Origin: an uncultured bacterium | GTDB lineage: Bacteria; Zhuqueibacterota; QNDG01; DTFT01 | Assembly (NCBI GenBank): GCA_963736115.1 | Contig: CAVTNR010000008.1 | Span: 201,111 to 265,110, forward strand | Direction of reading: 5' to 3' | DNA length: 64,000 nucleotides | Shown: positions 30,300 through 42,104 of the stretch, piece by piece | Numbering within the stretch: the first letter of the stretch is position 1 | Layout of the letters: each line of letters opens with the position of its first letter | Notes under the pieces: model-generated | Seen by the model: the letters and a program-made list of their open reading frames with translations, nothing else | What the model was told of the DNA's origin: nothing | Database searches by the model: none | Made by a program: the position numbers and the translations under genes

Positions 30300-32921
30300 A
30301 TGACCTCCCCTGAAATCCGCAAATCCTTTCTGGACTTCTTCGCCGAACGCGGCCATAAGATCGTGCCGAGCGCGCCCGTGGCGCCGCTGGACGATCCCAC
30401 CCTGCTGTTCACCAACGCGGGCATGAACCAGTTCAAGGACGTGTTCCTCGGCACCGGAACCCGGCCCTACAGGCGCGCGGCGGACTCGCAGAAATGCATA
30501 CGCGTGTCCGGCAAGCACAATGACCTCGAGGAAGTCGGATTCGACACCTACCACCACACGTTCTTCGAGATGCTGGGCAACTGGTCGTTCGGCGACTATT
30601 ACAAGGAGGAGGCCATACGCTGGGCCTGGGAGCTGGTGACCGGGGTCTGGGGTGTTCCCAAGTCGTCGCTCTGGACCACGGTGTTCCGCGAGGACGACGA
30701 GGCCGAGGCCCTGTGGAAGAAGGTCACGGATATCGGGTCAGGCCGCGTGCTCCGCTTCGCGGAGAAAGACAATTTCTGGGAAATGGGCGAGACCGGACCC
30801 TGCGGGCCCTGCTCCGAGATCCACATCGACCGGGGCGAGGGATATTGCGACAAAAAGGCCGTTCCCGGCCACGTCTGCGCCGTAAATGGGGGCTGTGCCC
30901 GGTACATCGAGCTCTGGAACCTCGTCTTCATCCAGTACAACCGGGACGCGTCCGGCGTGCTGAATCCACTGGCGTCGAAACACGTGGATACGGGCATGGG
31001 CTTCGAACGGGTCGTGGCCGTCCTGCAGGACAAAGCTTCGAATTACGAGACCGATGTGTTCACGCCCCTGATCAAGGCCGTGTCGGAGATCACCGGCGTC
31101 TCGCCCGAGGATCCGGAGCGCCTTCCGGCCTTCCGCGTGATCGCGGACCATATCCGGTCCCTCTGTTTCGCGGTGACGGACGGCGCGCTCCCGTCCAACG
31201 AGGGCCGGGGCTATGTGCTGAGGCGCCTTCTGCGGCGCGCGGCCCGGTACGGACGCACGCTGGGCATGAATGAACCGTTCATGCACGAGCTCGCTTCCGT
31301 TGTCGTGGACACCATGGCCGGCGCCTATCCGGAGCTCAGGACCATGGCCGGCCACACGGCCCATGTTATCCGCAGCGAGGAAGAACGGTTCAATGAAGTG
31401 CTGGACCGCGGCATCGAGATTTTCGAGACTGTCTCGTCCGACGTGCTGAAACGGGGCGGAAAAGCCGTTCCGGGCGCTGAGGCGTTCAGGCTGTACGACA
31501 CCTTCGGCTTCCCGCTCGATCTGACCCAGTTGATGGCCCGTGAAAAGGGCCTCTCGGTCGACGCGGAGGGTTTCGAACAGGAGATGGAGGCTCAGCGCTG
31601 CAGAGCCCGTGAAGGCCACAAGTTCGCGGCGGCCGAGGCCTGCGACTGGGATGAGCTGTCCGCGGGCCCGCATTCGGAATTCGTCGGGTATGAGACGCTC
31701 GAGGCCGAGGCCCGCATCCGCAGGATGAGCCGCGACGGCGAAGGCGTCCGGGTCGTGCTTGACCGCACCCCGTTCTACGCGGAATCGGGCGGACAGGCCG
31801 GGGATCAGGGCGTCATCACCGGCCAAGGTTTCCGGATCCGCGTGGACGATACGGTCCGGCAGGGTGACGCGATCGTTCATGTCGGCGTGTTCGAAGAAGC
31901 GTCCGGCAAATGCGACGGCTCCGTGACCGCAACCGTGAACCGGGATGACCGCATGGCCACGGCGCGGAACCACACATCCACGCACCTTTTGCACAAGGCG
32001 CTCCGCGAGGTTCTGGGGGCGCATGTCAACCAGGCCGGGTCCGCGGTGGATGCGGAGCGCATGCGCTTCGACTTCACGCATTTCGAGGCCATGACGGCTG
32101 AACAGGTCGACACAGTGGAAGAAATCGTCAACGCCAAAGTCCGGGAGAATCTGGCCGTTGATAAAATCAAGACGTCCCTGACCAAGGCGAAGGAAATGGG
32201 CGCCACGGCCCTGTTCGGAGAGAAGTACGGGGACGAGGTACGGGTCGTGAAAATCGCGGACTATTCCATGGAACTGTGCGGTGGCACGCACCTTGACGCC
32301 ACAGGTCAGATCGGGTATTTCCGCATCGCACGCGAGGAGGGTGTGGCCGCGGGCGTGCGGCGTATCGAGGCCGTGACCGGCGCCGCAGCCGACGCGCTGC
32401 TGCGGGGCGAGAAGCGCCTGCTTCGCGGCCTCGAGGCGACGCTCAAGGCCTCAGCGGCGGAATTGCCGAAGCGCATCGAATCCCTGCAGGAGGAGAAGAA
32501 GGAGCTCGAGCGGAGGCTGAAAAAGGCCCAGCAGTCTGGCGCGGGGTCCGAGATTGACAGGCTGGTACAGAATGCAGTGACGGTTGGCACATTCAAAGTA
32601 GCAGCCGGTCGCGTCGACGCCTCGGATGCGGATGAGCTTCGTACCATGGGGGACAATCTTCGCGCAAAGATCAAGTCCGGAGTAGGGGTTCTGTGCACTG
32701 ATTTGGGCGATAAAGGGTCCATAATTGCCGTCGTGACGGACGATTTGATCAAGTCGGGACAACTGAAAGCGGGCGATATCGTTAAGAAAGTCGCAGAGAT
32801 TGCAGGAGGAAGCGGGGGGGGCAAGCCTCATCTGGCATTGGCAGGATGTAAGGATACAACCAAGCTCGATGAGGCGATGGGGAAGGCTGTTGAAATTGTA
32901 CAGGGGATGATTAAGAAGTAA
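30300..32921 (+). CDS. alaS: Alanine--tRNA ligase
   Basis: LLFTNAGMNQFK, HHTFFEMLGNWSFGDYYK, DTGMGFER, editing HxxxH and ELCGGTH, C-terminal GGSGGG. Confidence 0.98.
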   Translation: MTSPEIRKSFLDFFAERGHKIVPSAPVAPLDDPTLLFTNAGMNQFKDVFLGTGTRPYRRAADSQKCIRVSGKHNDLEEVGFDTYHHTFFEMLGNWSFGDYYKEEAIRWAWELVTGVWGVPKSSLWTTVFREDDEAEALWKKVTDIGSGRVLRFAEKDNFWEMGETGPCGPCSEIHIDRGEGYCDKKAVPGHVCAVNGGCARYIELWNLVFIQYNRDASGVLNPLASKHVDTGMGFERVVAVLQDKASNYETDVFTPLIKAVSEITGVSPEDPERLPAFRVIADHIRSLCFAVTDGALPSNEGRGYVLRRLLRRAARYGRTLGMNEPFMHELASVVVDTMAGAYPELRTMAGHTAHVIRSEEERFNEVLDRGIEIFETVSSDVLKRGGKAVPGAEAFRLYDTFGFPLDLTQLMAREKGLSVDAEGFEQEMEAQRCRAREGHKFAAAEACDWDELSAGPHSEFVGYETLEAEARIRRMSRDGEGVRVVLDRTPFYAESGGQAGDQGVITGQGFRIRVDDTVRQGDAIVHVGVFEEASGKCDGSVTATVNRDDRMATARNHTSTHLLHKALREVLGAHVNQAGSAVDAERMRFDFTHFEAMTAEQVDTVEEIVNAKVRENLAVDKIKTSLTKAKEMGATALFGEKYGDEVRVVKIADYSMELCGGTHLDATGQIGYFRIAREEGVAAGVRRIEAVTGAAADALLRGEKRLLRGLEATLKASAAELPKRIESLQEEKKELERRLKKAQQSGAGSEIDRLVQNAVTVGTFKVAAGRVDASDADELRTMGDNLRAKIKSGVGVLCTDLGDKGSIIAVVTDDLIKSGQLKAGDIVKKVAEIAGGSGGGKPHLALAGCKDTTKLDEAMGKAVEIVQGMIKK

Positions 32922-32928
32922 TAATCAA

Positions 32929-33290
32929 TGTCATCCCCGCGCAAGTGTTTTTTTCATCCGCGTCAGCGGACGGGGATCCAGCCTTTCGAACGCCGGTTGA
33001 TAAATGTCCGATAGCCTCGCGCGAATGCGCTCGGCATATCGGACCTACATGAAGATGGATTATAAGGCTTTCGATAACGGATATAATATTTTTTGGAGTG
33101 CGGTGACATGTCACCGCTTTAATGGGCGCCGACATGTCGGCGCCGGTGTGAACCGCCGCTCCATGATAGCGGCGTCGCGACGCCGCACTCCGAAAAAGGA
33201 CATCGGTTGATAAACGTCCGATAGCCTCGCGTGAATGCGCTCGGCATATCGGACCTACAATGGATACTTATTCCTTTGAACTTTGAACTG
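32929..33290. repeat. Mosaic cluster of palindromic repeats
   Basis: GTCATCCCCGC element (32929-32981), GTAG REP reverse copies (33005-33048, 33216-33258), a GGAGTGCGG...CCGCACTCC element (33091-33196) and TTTGAAC heptamers. Confidence 0.8.
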
Positions 33291-33298
33291 AGTTTCCC

Positions 33299-34060
33299 AT
33301 GACCATCCACCAGAAACTCCTCGACATCGTCAAAACCCGCGGCGCGGGATACCTGGTCCTGCTCGACCCGGACCGCAAGTCCCCGGAATCCCTGGCCGCG
33401 TTCGCGCAAACCTGCGAAGCGCAGGGCGCGGACGGAATCCTCATCGGCGGCAGTCTTCTGCTGGACGACGGATTCGACCAATGCGTGGAGGCTGTCAAAA
33501 AGGCCGTCCGCGTCCCTGTCCTGCTTTTCCCCGGGAACGGACGTCAGCTATCCAGGCACGCGGACGCGGTGCTGTTCATGAGCCTGATCAGCGGCCGGAA
33601 TCCCCAATTCCTCATCGGCGAACAGGTGACTTCCGCGCCCGTCGTCCGGGCGATGGGTCTCGAACCTGTTTCCATGGCCTACCTGCTGGTGGAATCGGGC
33701 GAAACCACGGCCGCGGAATTCATGAGCGCCACGCGGCCGCTTCCCCGAAACAAGCCTGAAATCGCGGCCGCGCACGCGCTGGCCGCTGAATACCTGGGAA
33801 TGAAGCTCGTGTACCTCGAAGCCGGAAGCGGAGCGAAGCAGTCCGTTCCCGAAACCATGGTCGCGGCCGTGGCCAAAACCGTGTCCGTGCCCGTGATCGT
33901 GGGCGGCGGCATACGCACGCCGGAGGACGCGGCGGCCAAGGTGAAGGCGGGCGCGTCTTTTGTGGTGACCGGTAATGTTCTCGAGAAAGAGGGCGGTCCG
34001 GATCTGGTCCGGAGCCTCTCGGACGCGGTCCATGGTGCTGCGGGACGCGGGACTTTGTGA
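33299..34060 (+). CDS. Geranylgeranylglyceryl/heptaprenylglyceryl phosphate synthase (probably group II)
   Basis: VLLDPD, IGGS, LFPG, FMSLISGRNP, YLEAGSGA, VGGGIR, VTGN. Confidence 0.9.
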   Translation: MTIHQKLLDIVKTRGAGYLVLLDPDRKSPESLAAFAQTCEAQGADGILIGGSLLLDDGFDQCVEAVKKAVRVPVLLFPGNGRQLSRHADAVLFMSLISGRNPQFLIGEQVTSAPVVRAMGLEPVSMAYLLVESGETTAAEFMSATRPLPRNKPEIAAAHALAAEYLGMKLVYLEAGSGAKQSVPETMVAAVAKTVSVPVIVGGGIRTPEDAAAKVKAGASFVVTGNVLEKEGGPDLVRSLSDAVHGAAGRGTL

Positions 34061-34114
34061 CGCGGGCCCGCGGGAATCGGAAACCAGGCGTATCCTTCGG
34101 GAGTTCAATGACGG

Positions 34115-34879
34115 ATGATTGATCTGCATGCCCACATTCTGCCCGGAATGGACGACGGCCCGTCCGGCATCGAAGAGGCGCTCGCCATGATGGAAGCCGG
34201 CCGCAGGGACGGCATCACCGGCGCGGTTTGCAGTTCCCACGTGCTCGACCGGTTCGACGTCGCGACCGAGTCCCGGCTGGCCGATGCCTTTTCGGAACTC
34301 CGGAAGCGGGCCGCTCTGGCAGGGGTACGGATGGACCTCTGGCTCGGCGCCGAGATTCACATGAACGTGTCCCTCGATCCGGTGCCCCCGGCCGCGACGA
34401 TCGCAGGCGGCGGGAAATACCTTCTGCTCGAATTGCCCCTGAACGACATTCCGCATGACGCGGACGACAAGCTGTTCCAGCTCACGGTCGCGGGATACAG
34501 CCCGATACTGGCACACCCGGAGCGGAACGCCGTGCTCGTGGAGAAGCCCGAGCGCGCATACAATCTGGTCGAGCGCGGTGTGCTCATGCAGATCAACGCC
34601 GGGAGCCTGACGGGCGAATTCGGATACCGGATACGCAAGGCCGCGGAGACTTTGCTCGACCACGGGCTGGTACACTTCATCGGGTCCGACTGCCACAATC
34701 TGCGGTCCAGGCCCATGCGTCTGTCGGACGCGTTCAAGGCCGCGGCCCGCCGGGCGGGCGACGACACGGCCCGGGAACTGACCGAGGGCAATCCCCGCCG
34801 CGTCGTGACCGGGGCGCCGGTCTGGATGCCCCGGCCCGTTCCGTTCGCGGCGAAAAAAAGCTGGTTTCGTTTCCGATGA
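34115..34879 (+). CDS. CpsB/CapC-family PHP tyrosine-protein phosphatase
   Basis: MIDLHAHILPGMDDG, ILAHPERN, GSDCH. Confidence 0.9.
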   Translation: MIDLHAHILPGMDDGPSGIEEALAMMEAGRRDGITGAVCSSHVLDRFDVATESRLADAFSELRKRAALAGVRMDLWLGAEIHMNVSLDPVPPAATIAGGGKYLLLELPLNDIPHDADDKLFQLTVAGYSPILAHPERNAVLVEKPERAYNLVERGVLMQINAGSLTGEFGYRIRKAAETLLDHGLVHFIGSDCHNLRSRPMRLSDAFKAAARRAGDDTARELTEGNPRRVVTGAPVWMPRPVPFAAKKSWFRFR

Positions 34880-35484
34880 AATCCGGGAGGATCGTGAAAG
34901 ACCGTCTGCGGTACATCCGCGAACGCCTCGCCGAAAGCGCGGAAATCAAGAGACAGCTCGCGGAAAAGGGAGCGCAGGACATACTCGAAGCCGCGGACAT
35001 GGCCGTTGCATGCCTGAAGGCCGGCGGTAAAATCCTGTTCTGTGGAAACGGCGGCAGCGCGGCGGACAGCCAGCATCTGGCGGCCGAGATCGTCGGACGG
35101 TTCCGACTCAACCGCGCCGGTCTGGCCGCGGTTGCGCTGACCACGGACACCTCGATTCTCACGGCCATGGCCAATGACTACGGTTTCGAGGATGTGTTCC
35201 GCAGGCAGGTCGAAGCCCTCGGCCGCGATGGCGACCTGCTGGTGGCCCTGTCCACCAGCGGCCGTTCAGCCGGCGTGGTGAAGGCCGCGGAACAGGCCCG
35301 AAAAGCCGGCCTCAAGGTCATCGCCATGACAGGGGAGGACCCGGGGCCGCTGGGCGCGGTCTCGGACCTTGCCATCCGCGTTCCCTCCCGGGACACGGCC
35401 CGCATACAGGAATCGCACATCGCAGCCGGTCATCTGATATGCGATCTGGTCGAACGCGCGTTTTTCGAAACCGGCGCCGAATGA
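34876..35484 (+). CDS. gmhA: Phosphoheptose isomerase
   Basis: CGNGGSAADSQH, NDYGF, STSGRS, RIQESH. Confidence 0.93.
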   Translation: MKSGRIVKDRLRYIRERLAESAEIKRQLAEKGAQDILEAADMAVACLKAGGKILFCGNGGSAADSQHLAAEIVGRFRLNRAGLAAVALTTDTSILTAMANDYGFEDVFRRQVEALGRDGDLLVALSTSGRSAGVVKAAEQARKAGLKVIAMTGEDPGPLGAVSDLAIRVPSRDTARIQESHIAAGHLICDLVERAFFETGAE

Positions 35485-35560
35485 CCGAATCGGTTTCGGC
35501 CCGTATTCAATCGGGCCGATCCCGTGACTGCGGCCGCGACCGCGGTCGGGGCGGGTTTCC

Positions 35561-37609
35561 ATGATGCCGTCCTTCCTGCACGCGGCTGTGCTCGCCGGAC
35601 TCGCTGGCGTTCTCCTTCCGATTTTGATCCACCTTCTCGCCAGGCCCCGCCCCAGAACCGTGGTGTTCAGCCATCTGCGCTTTCTCCGGGCCGTGCAGGA
35701 GCAGAAGGCCCGCTCCTTCAAACTGCGTCGTTTCCTTCTGCTTCTGCTCCGCGTTCTCGCGGCCGCGTTTCTCGTGCTCGCGTTCAGCCGGCCCTTCATC
35801 CCCTCGGGCCGCGCCTCCGCGTCGAAGGGATTGTCCGCCTGGGTCGTGGACCGGTCGGTCAGCCTCATGGCCGAGGACGCATGGGCCGTCCTCCGAGGAC
35901 ATGCGGCCCGTTTGGCGGGTCTGTCTTCGGCCGGAGAGTCCGTGGCCCTGGAATGGACGCCGCGATCGGGCTCGTCCGGCGACTCCCTGACGGACGCGGC
36001 ATCGGCCGCGGCGGCCGTTGAAAAATCCGATCCTGTCTGGTCCGCCGGTGATGCGGCGGACGCGATCCGGAGAGCCGCAAGAAGAACCGGCCGCATGCCG
36101 GATGCGGATCCGGAAATCTTCCTGCTCACCGACGGACAGGCCTCGGGATTCCGGAACCGCAAACCGTCCGAAGAAATGGAAAAGTGGAAGGGCACGCTGT
36201 TCGTCCTGCCGTTCCGGAACGCGATGGACAACGCGGCCGTGACCGAGGCGGTGGTGGATCCGGCGCCGCTCCGCAGGGACGAACCGCTCCGTTTACGCGC
36301 CGTGATCCGGAATTTCGGAACCGCCGAAATCCGGAGCCGCATGATCCGGTTTTTCATCGGAGACGAGGCCGTGGCGCAGAAAACCGTGGACCTGAAGCCC
36401 GGCGCGTCGGCCATGGAATCCGTTCCGGTGATGGACGAAACAGCCGGTTTCATACGAGGCAAGGCGCAGTGCCAGGCGGACGCATTCCCGCAGGATGACG
36501 AGCGATTTTTCGCCGCCTACCACAGACCCTTATCCCGTGTCCTGCTGGTCGGCGGTCGGCCGGCCGATCTTTCCCGTTTCCGCTCCGCATTGGAGCCGCG
36601 GCCGGATTCGCCCTCGCGATTGATGACGGAAGCCCGGACGCCGGACCAGGCCTGGGCAGCAGAACTTGAAAAATCGGACGCGGTTTTCTTCGTCAACTGC
36701 CCGCTCCGGTCCGCGGCGGACGCGTCCAGCCTGCGCCGGTTCATCGAGTCCGGAGGCGGCGCCCTGTTCGTGCCGGGCCCGGATTCGGACCTGAGGCGGT
36801 GGAACGCATTTCTGTTCACGGCTGGTTGGGGAGATTCCCTGGTCCAGGCAGGAGCGTCCGGCGCCGGATCCGGTTACGTGACGCTCGGACCACCGGATCC
36901 GGACGAGCCTCTACTCGAAGGCGTGTTTGAACCCGGGTGGACGCCCCGCAGGCCGCCGAAGTTTTTCCGAACCATCCGGCCCGCGGCGGGCGGCCGGAAA
37001 GCGCCGCTGCGCTTCACGGACGGCCATCCCTTCCTGTCTGAATGGCCGCTGGGCCGCGGCAGGCTCATCGTCCTTTCGGGCGGAACGGATCCGGATTGGT
37101 CCGATTTTGCGACAAGCCCGCTCTTTCCCGCGCTTGCGGCGCGATGCGGCCAGGTGCTGAGCGCGCTCAGGGACGGGACCGCGGGCCGGGCCTTGACCGG
37201 GGACAGCCTGGTGTTCTTCTCCGACCCGGCCGGTTCCGGTGATCGGTTTCAGGTCGAGACACCTTCCGGTGAAAGGGTGTCCGTACTGCCCCGGCTCTCC
37301 GGCGGAAAACTCCGAGCCGTGCTGAAAACAGCGGACAGCCCGGGCCTGTACCGGTTCTTCCGGGACGATTCTATCGAAGCTGTGACCGCGGTTAATCTGG
37401 ACCCCGCGGAATCGGATTTCAGGACCATCGACGAAGCGGGCCTTAAAAAGCTCCTGCCATCGGCCCGCATCGTCATGCTGAACGCGAAAGAGCCCCTGGA
37501 AGACCAGATCCGCACCCGCCGCCGCGGTCGGGAGCTGTGGCGGGAGTTGCTCCTCGCGGCTCTTCTCTGTCTGATTGCTGAAACGATTGTCTCGGCGGTG
37601 TGGAAGTAA
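35561..37609 (+). CDS. BatA N-terminal double-TM / degenerate vWA membrane protein
   Basis: LPILIHLL...FSHLRFL...LLLRVLA; DRSVS and LTDG vWA remnants; NLDPAESD; C-terminal ELWR TM helix. Confidence 0.8.
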   Translation: MMPSFLHAAVLAGLAGVLLPILIHLLARPRPRTVVFSHLRFLRAVQEQKARSFKLRRFLLLLLRVLAAAFLVLAFSRPFIPSGRASASKGLSAWVVDRSVSLMAEDAWAVLRGHAARLAGLSSAGESVALEWTPRSGSSGDSLTDAASAAAAVEKSDPVWSAGDAADAIRRAARRTGRMPDADPEIFLLTDGQASGFRNRKPSEEMEKWKGTLFVLPFRNAMDNAAVTEAVVDPAPLRRDEPLRLRAVIRNFGTAEIRSRMIRFFIGDEAVAQKTVDLKPGASAMESVPVMDETAGFIRGKAQCQADAFPQDDERFFAAYHRPLSRVLLVGGRPADLSRFRSALEPRPDSPSRLMTEARTPDQAWAAELEKSDAVFFVNCPLRSAADASSLRRFIESGGGALFVPGPDSDLRRWNAFLFTAGWGDSLVQAGASGAGSGYVTLGPPDPDEPLLEGVFEPGWTPRRPPKFFRTIRPAAGGRKAPLRFTDGHPFLSEWPLGRGRLIVLSGGTDPDWSDFATSPLFPALAARCGQVLSALRDGTAGRALTGDSLVFFSDPAGSGDRFQVETPSGERVSVLPRLSGGKLRAVLKTADSPGLYRFFRDDSIEAVTAVNLDPAESDFRTIDEAGLKKLLPSARIVMLNAKEPLEDQIRTRRRGRELWRELLLAALLCLIAETIVSAVWK

Positions 37610-37614
37610 AAAAA

Positions 37615-37754
37615 AGTTCATAGTTCATGGTTCATAGTTCATAGAAACTGAATTCATGTTACAGTCTCAGAGAACATTCATTTTCAAGTTTTTTACCATC
37701 TTTTTTATTTGTATTTTTTCTGAACTATGGACCATGAACTATGAACTATGAACT
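37615..37754. repeat. Heptamer-arm inverted repeat
   Basis: (RGTTCAT) x4, an AT-rich loop, then (ATGAACY) x4-5. Confidence 0.85.
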
Positions 37755-37799
37755 CCAAGCATTAAACTTATAACTCAACAAGAACGGTACACTGATCGC

Positions 37800-39073
37800 A
37801 TGCAGCACATCACTCAAACGAATAAAAAAGAAAAAGCCATCCTCGTCGGCGTGGTTCTGCCCGGGCTGCGCCGCCACCAGGCCCTGGAGCATCTCGACGA
37901 GCTGGCCCTGCTCGCGGACACGGCAGGCGCCATTGTCGTGGGCCGCGAAATCCAGGAAATCAAGTCGCCGCACCCCGCGACCCTGATCGGCAAGGGCAAG
38001 GTCCAAACAGTCGCCCGGCTCGCCGAGGAACTGGAAGCGGACGTGGTGCTCTTTGACGAGGACCTGACGCCCGTGCAGGCCAAGAATCTCGAGAAGGAAA
38101 TCAAAAAGCGCATCGTGGACCGGAGCGGCCTCATTTTGGACATATTCGCCCGCCGGGCGCACACGGCCGAGGCCCAGGCCCAGGTCGCCCTGGCCCAGCT
38201 CCAATACCTCCTGCCCAGGCTGACGCGCCAGTGGTCGCATCTCGAGCGCCAGGAGGGCGCCATCGGCACGCGCGGGCCCGGTGAAACCCAGCTGGAGACC
38301 GACCGCAGGCTCATCCACAAGCGCATCGGACTGCTCAAGGATGAACTCGAGAAAATCAAGCTCCAGCGCGACGTGCGCCGCAGGCGGCGCGACGCTCTGC
38401 AGAAGGCCGCGCTGGTCGGATACACCAACGCGGGAAAGTCGAGCCTGCTCAACGCGCTGGCCGGTTCCGGGGTGCACGTCGAGGACCGGCTGTTCGCCAC
38501 GCTCGACGCCACGGTGCGCACCCTGGCCCTGTCGCGCAACGACAAGGTCCTGCTCATCGACACGGTCGGGTTCATCCGCAAGCTCCCCGCGCACCTGGTG
38601 GCGTCGTTCCGGTCCACGCTCGAAGAGGCCGCGGAAGCCGACGTCCTGCTCCACGTCATCGACGCGAGCCACCCGAACCTCGATGATCACGTGGGAACGG
38701 TGCAGCAGGTGCTGGACGAACTGGGCCTGGCGGACCGGCCGGTGATTCCGGTGTTCAACAAGATCGACCTGCTCGAGGACGGCCGCTTCATCGACACGCT
38801 GGCCAGGCGCTTTCCGGGAGCGGTGTTTGTGTCCGCGCTGAGGGGCATCGGGCTGGAAAAACTCCGCCGCGCGATCGCAGAACGCTTCGAAGCGGACCGC
38901 GAGATCATGAATATACGCATCCCGTTCACGCGGCCCGAACTGCTCGCGGCCGTGCACGGAATGGCCGAAATCCTCGAGAAGCGCTTCGAGGAGGACGGGG
39001 CCGTGCTGGTGCTCCGGGCGTCCGGGCCGAACGCGGAACGCATCCGCGAAATGCTCTCCGGGGAGGAGAAGCC

Positions 39074-39086
<13 letters not shown>
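37800..39086 (+). CDS. hflX: GTPase HflX
   Basis: LILDIFARRA, GPGETQLETDRR, GYTNAGKS, LFATLD, DTVG, NKID. Confidence 0.96.
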
Positions 39087-40432
<1,346 letters not shown>

Positions 40433-40434
40433 TA

Positions 40435-40483
40435 TGTGTTAAATCACCACAATGTGTTCATCCCCCTGTGTCTATTCGCCACA
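40435..40483. promoter_or_regulatory. Paired enhancer-like sites (putative bEBP UAS)
   Basis: TGTGT-N7-CCACA at 40435-40451 and 40467-40483, 32 bp apart, about 90-135 bp upstream of a sigma54 promoter. Confidence 0.6.
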
Positions 40484-40571
40484 CATTCATCTTCATTCAT
40501 TATTCACACCTACCGCCATAATTCAATATTTATCTTATCTTTAAACTCTTTTCTGCAAACCTGTTTTTCCA

Positions 40572-40586
40572 TGGTATGACGATTGC
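40572..40586 (+). promoter_or_regulatory. Sigma54 (-24/-12) promoter
   Basis: TGGTAT-GACGA-TTGC fits TGGCAC-N5-TTGC with exact GG-N10-GC spacing. Confidence 0.75.
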
Positions 40587-40637
40587 CTGATGCATGCCCG
40601 TGAGTATCCATTCCACCCCATGTTTCCGGAGGTCGCC

Positions 40638-41987
40638 ATGCAACGCAATGTGATGAAACAAGTGCTCTTCCTGGTTTTTCTGGCTGCCGTACTGGTTCTC
40701 CTGATGGGATTCTGGCTGGTGACAGCCGCGAATGCCGAACCGCCCCAGGCGCCTGCCCCGGGTGTCGGAAAAACCATTTTCACTGAAAACCTGATCCCCG
40801 GCCCGTGGAACGATTGGGAAGAGGATGAAGATGAAGACGCAGACCGGGATGACGGTTTCCGGAAGCGCCGCCGCGGGAAACAGGAGATGGCCGTCGATGT
40901 GAAATACAACCGCGTGGAGGGGCTCTATCTCGGCACCCGGCTCGACAGGGACGACGGCCGGAGCTGGGGGCGGCGGACCCGGCGGCCGAATCTGCTGTTC
41001 GGATCGTGGGGATACGCGTTCAAGGCCAAGGAATTCCTGTACCAGGCCGGTCTGGAAAAGGGATTCTTCGATGCCTTCCGTCTGGCCGTGGGCGGCGAAT
41101 ACCACCGGCAGATTCTCACGCCGGATCTGTGGATCATGCCCGAGGAGGAGAACACCGCGGCCGCCATTCTGATCAAGGAGGATTTCCACGATTTTTATAT
41201 GGCTGAGGGCGGGAGCGGCTGGATCAGCCAGAATGTCCTGCCCGATCTCAGGATTTCGGCGATTTACCTCAGCGAAAAGACGGACTCGCTGGAGGCGGTC
41301 GCGAACTGGGCGCTGTTCGGCGGCAAGAAGAAGTTCCGGGAGAATCCGGCCATGGACGCGGGCGAGTTCAAAACCCTCACCGGCCGCGTCGTCTGGGACA
41401 CGCGGAACAGTGTCCGGCGCACCACGCGCGGCTGGTACATCCAGGCGGAAGGCGAGCACGCGGGCGGAGGGCTGGGCGGCGACTTTGAATTCGACCGCTT
41501 TCTCGCGGACGTGCGCCGCTACCAGCCGCTGGGATACGGCGAGGGCGTGGATGCGCGGGTGCGCGTCGGCACTTCGAAGGGTGTTCTGCCCTGGGAGCGC
41601 GCTTTCTGGCTCGGCGGCGTGTCCACTTTACGCGGATTCAAACACAAGGCCTTCCCGGCCGGGTGGAAGAACCCGGGCGGAAACCGGATGTTCCTGGCCC
41701 AGCTCGAGTACCGGATGGGCAGTGAGGACCTGCCCGACGCGGTGGATCTCGGCCTGCTCGAGGAATTCAACCTGATCGCGTTCACGGACGCGGGCTGGGT
41801 GGGCCAGGCCGAATCGGAAGAAGGTCCGGCCGAAGGCTTCGAAGACCTGTCGATTAAAACCCTGAAGAACGATGTGGGCCTGGCCCTGGCCAATAGGAGC
41901 GGAAGCGTCCGGTTCGAGGTCGCACGCCGCACGGACACGTCGGAGAAGCCCTACAGCCTGTGGTTCCGGTTCAACCGGACGTTTTAG
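40638..41987 (+). CDS. Omp85/BamA-TamA-like surface-antigen beta-barrel protein
   Basis: GGAGG RBS, signal peptide, YNRVEGLYLG, WDTRNS, LGGVSTLRGF (VRGF-like loop), C-terminal FNRTF. Confidence 0.72.
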   Translation: MQRNVMKQVLFLVFLAAVLVLLMGFWLVTAANAEPPQAPAPGVGKTIFTENLIPGPWNDWEEDEDEDADRDDGFRKRRRGKQEMAVDVKYNRVEGLYLGTRLDRDDGRSWGRRTRRPNLLFGSWGYAFKAKEFLYQAGLEKGFFDAFRLAVGGEYHRQILTPDLWIMPEEENTAAAILIKEDFHDFYMAEGGSGWISQNVLPDLRISAIYLSEKTDSLEAVANWALFGGKKKFRENPAMDAGEFKTLTGRVVWDTRNSVRRTTRGWYIQAEGEHAGGGLGGDFEFDRFLADVRRYQPLGYGEGVDARVRVGTSKGVLPWERAFWLGGVSTLRGFKHKAFPAGWKNPGGNRMFLAQLEYRMGSEDLPDAVDLGLLEEFNLIAFTDAGWVGQAESEEGPAEGFEDLSIKTLKNDVGLALANRSGSVRFEVARRTDTSEKPYSLWFRFNRTF

Positions 41988-42104
41988 ATCCTCTGCAAGT
42001 GCGGCGCATCTTTAAGGTGCGTCGCACTTGTTTGAAACCCGGGCCTGTCCGGACCGTATACTCAGACACAAGATGCGCATTATTTCGTTATAAGGAGAGC
42101 CGCG

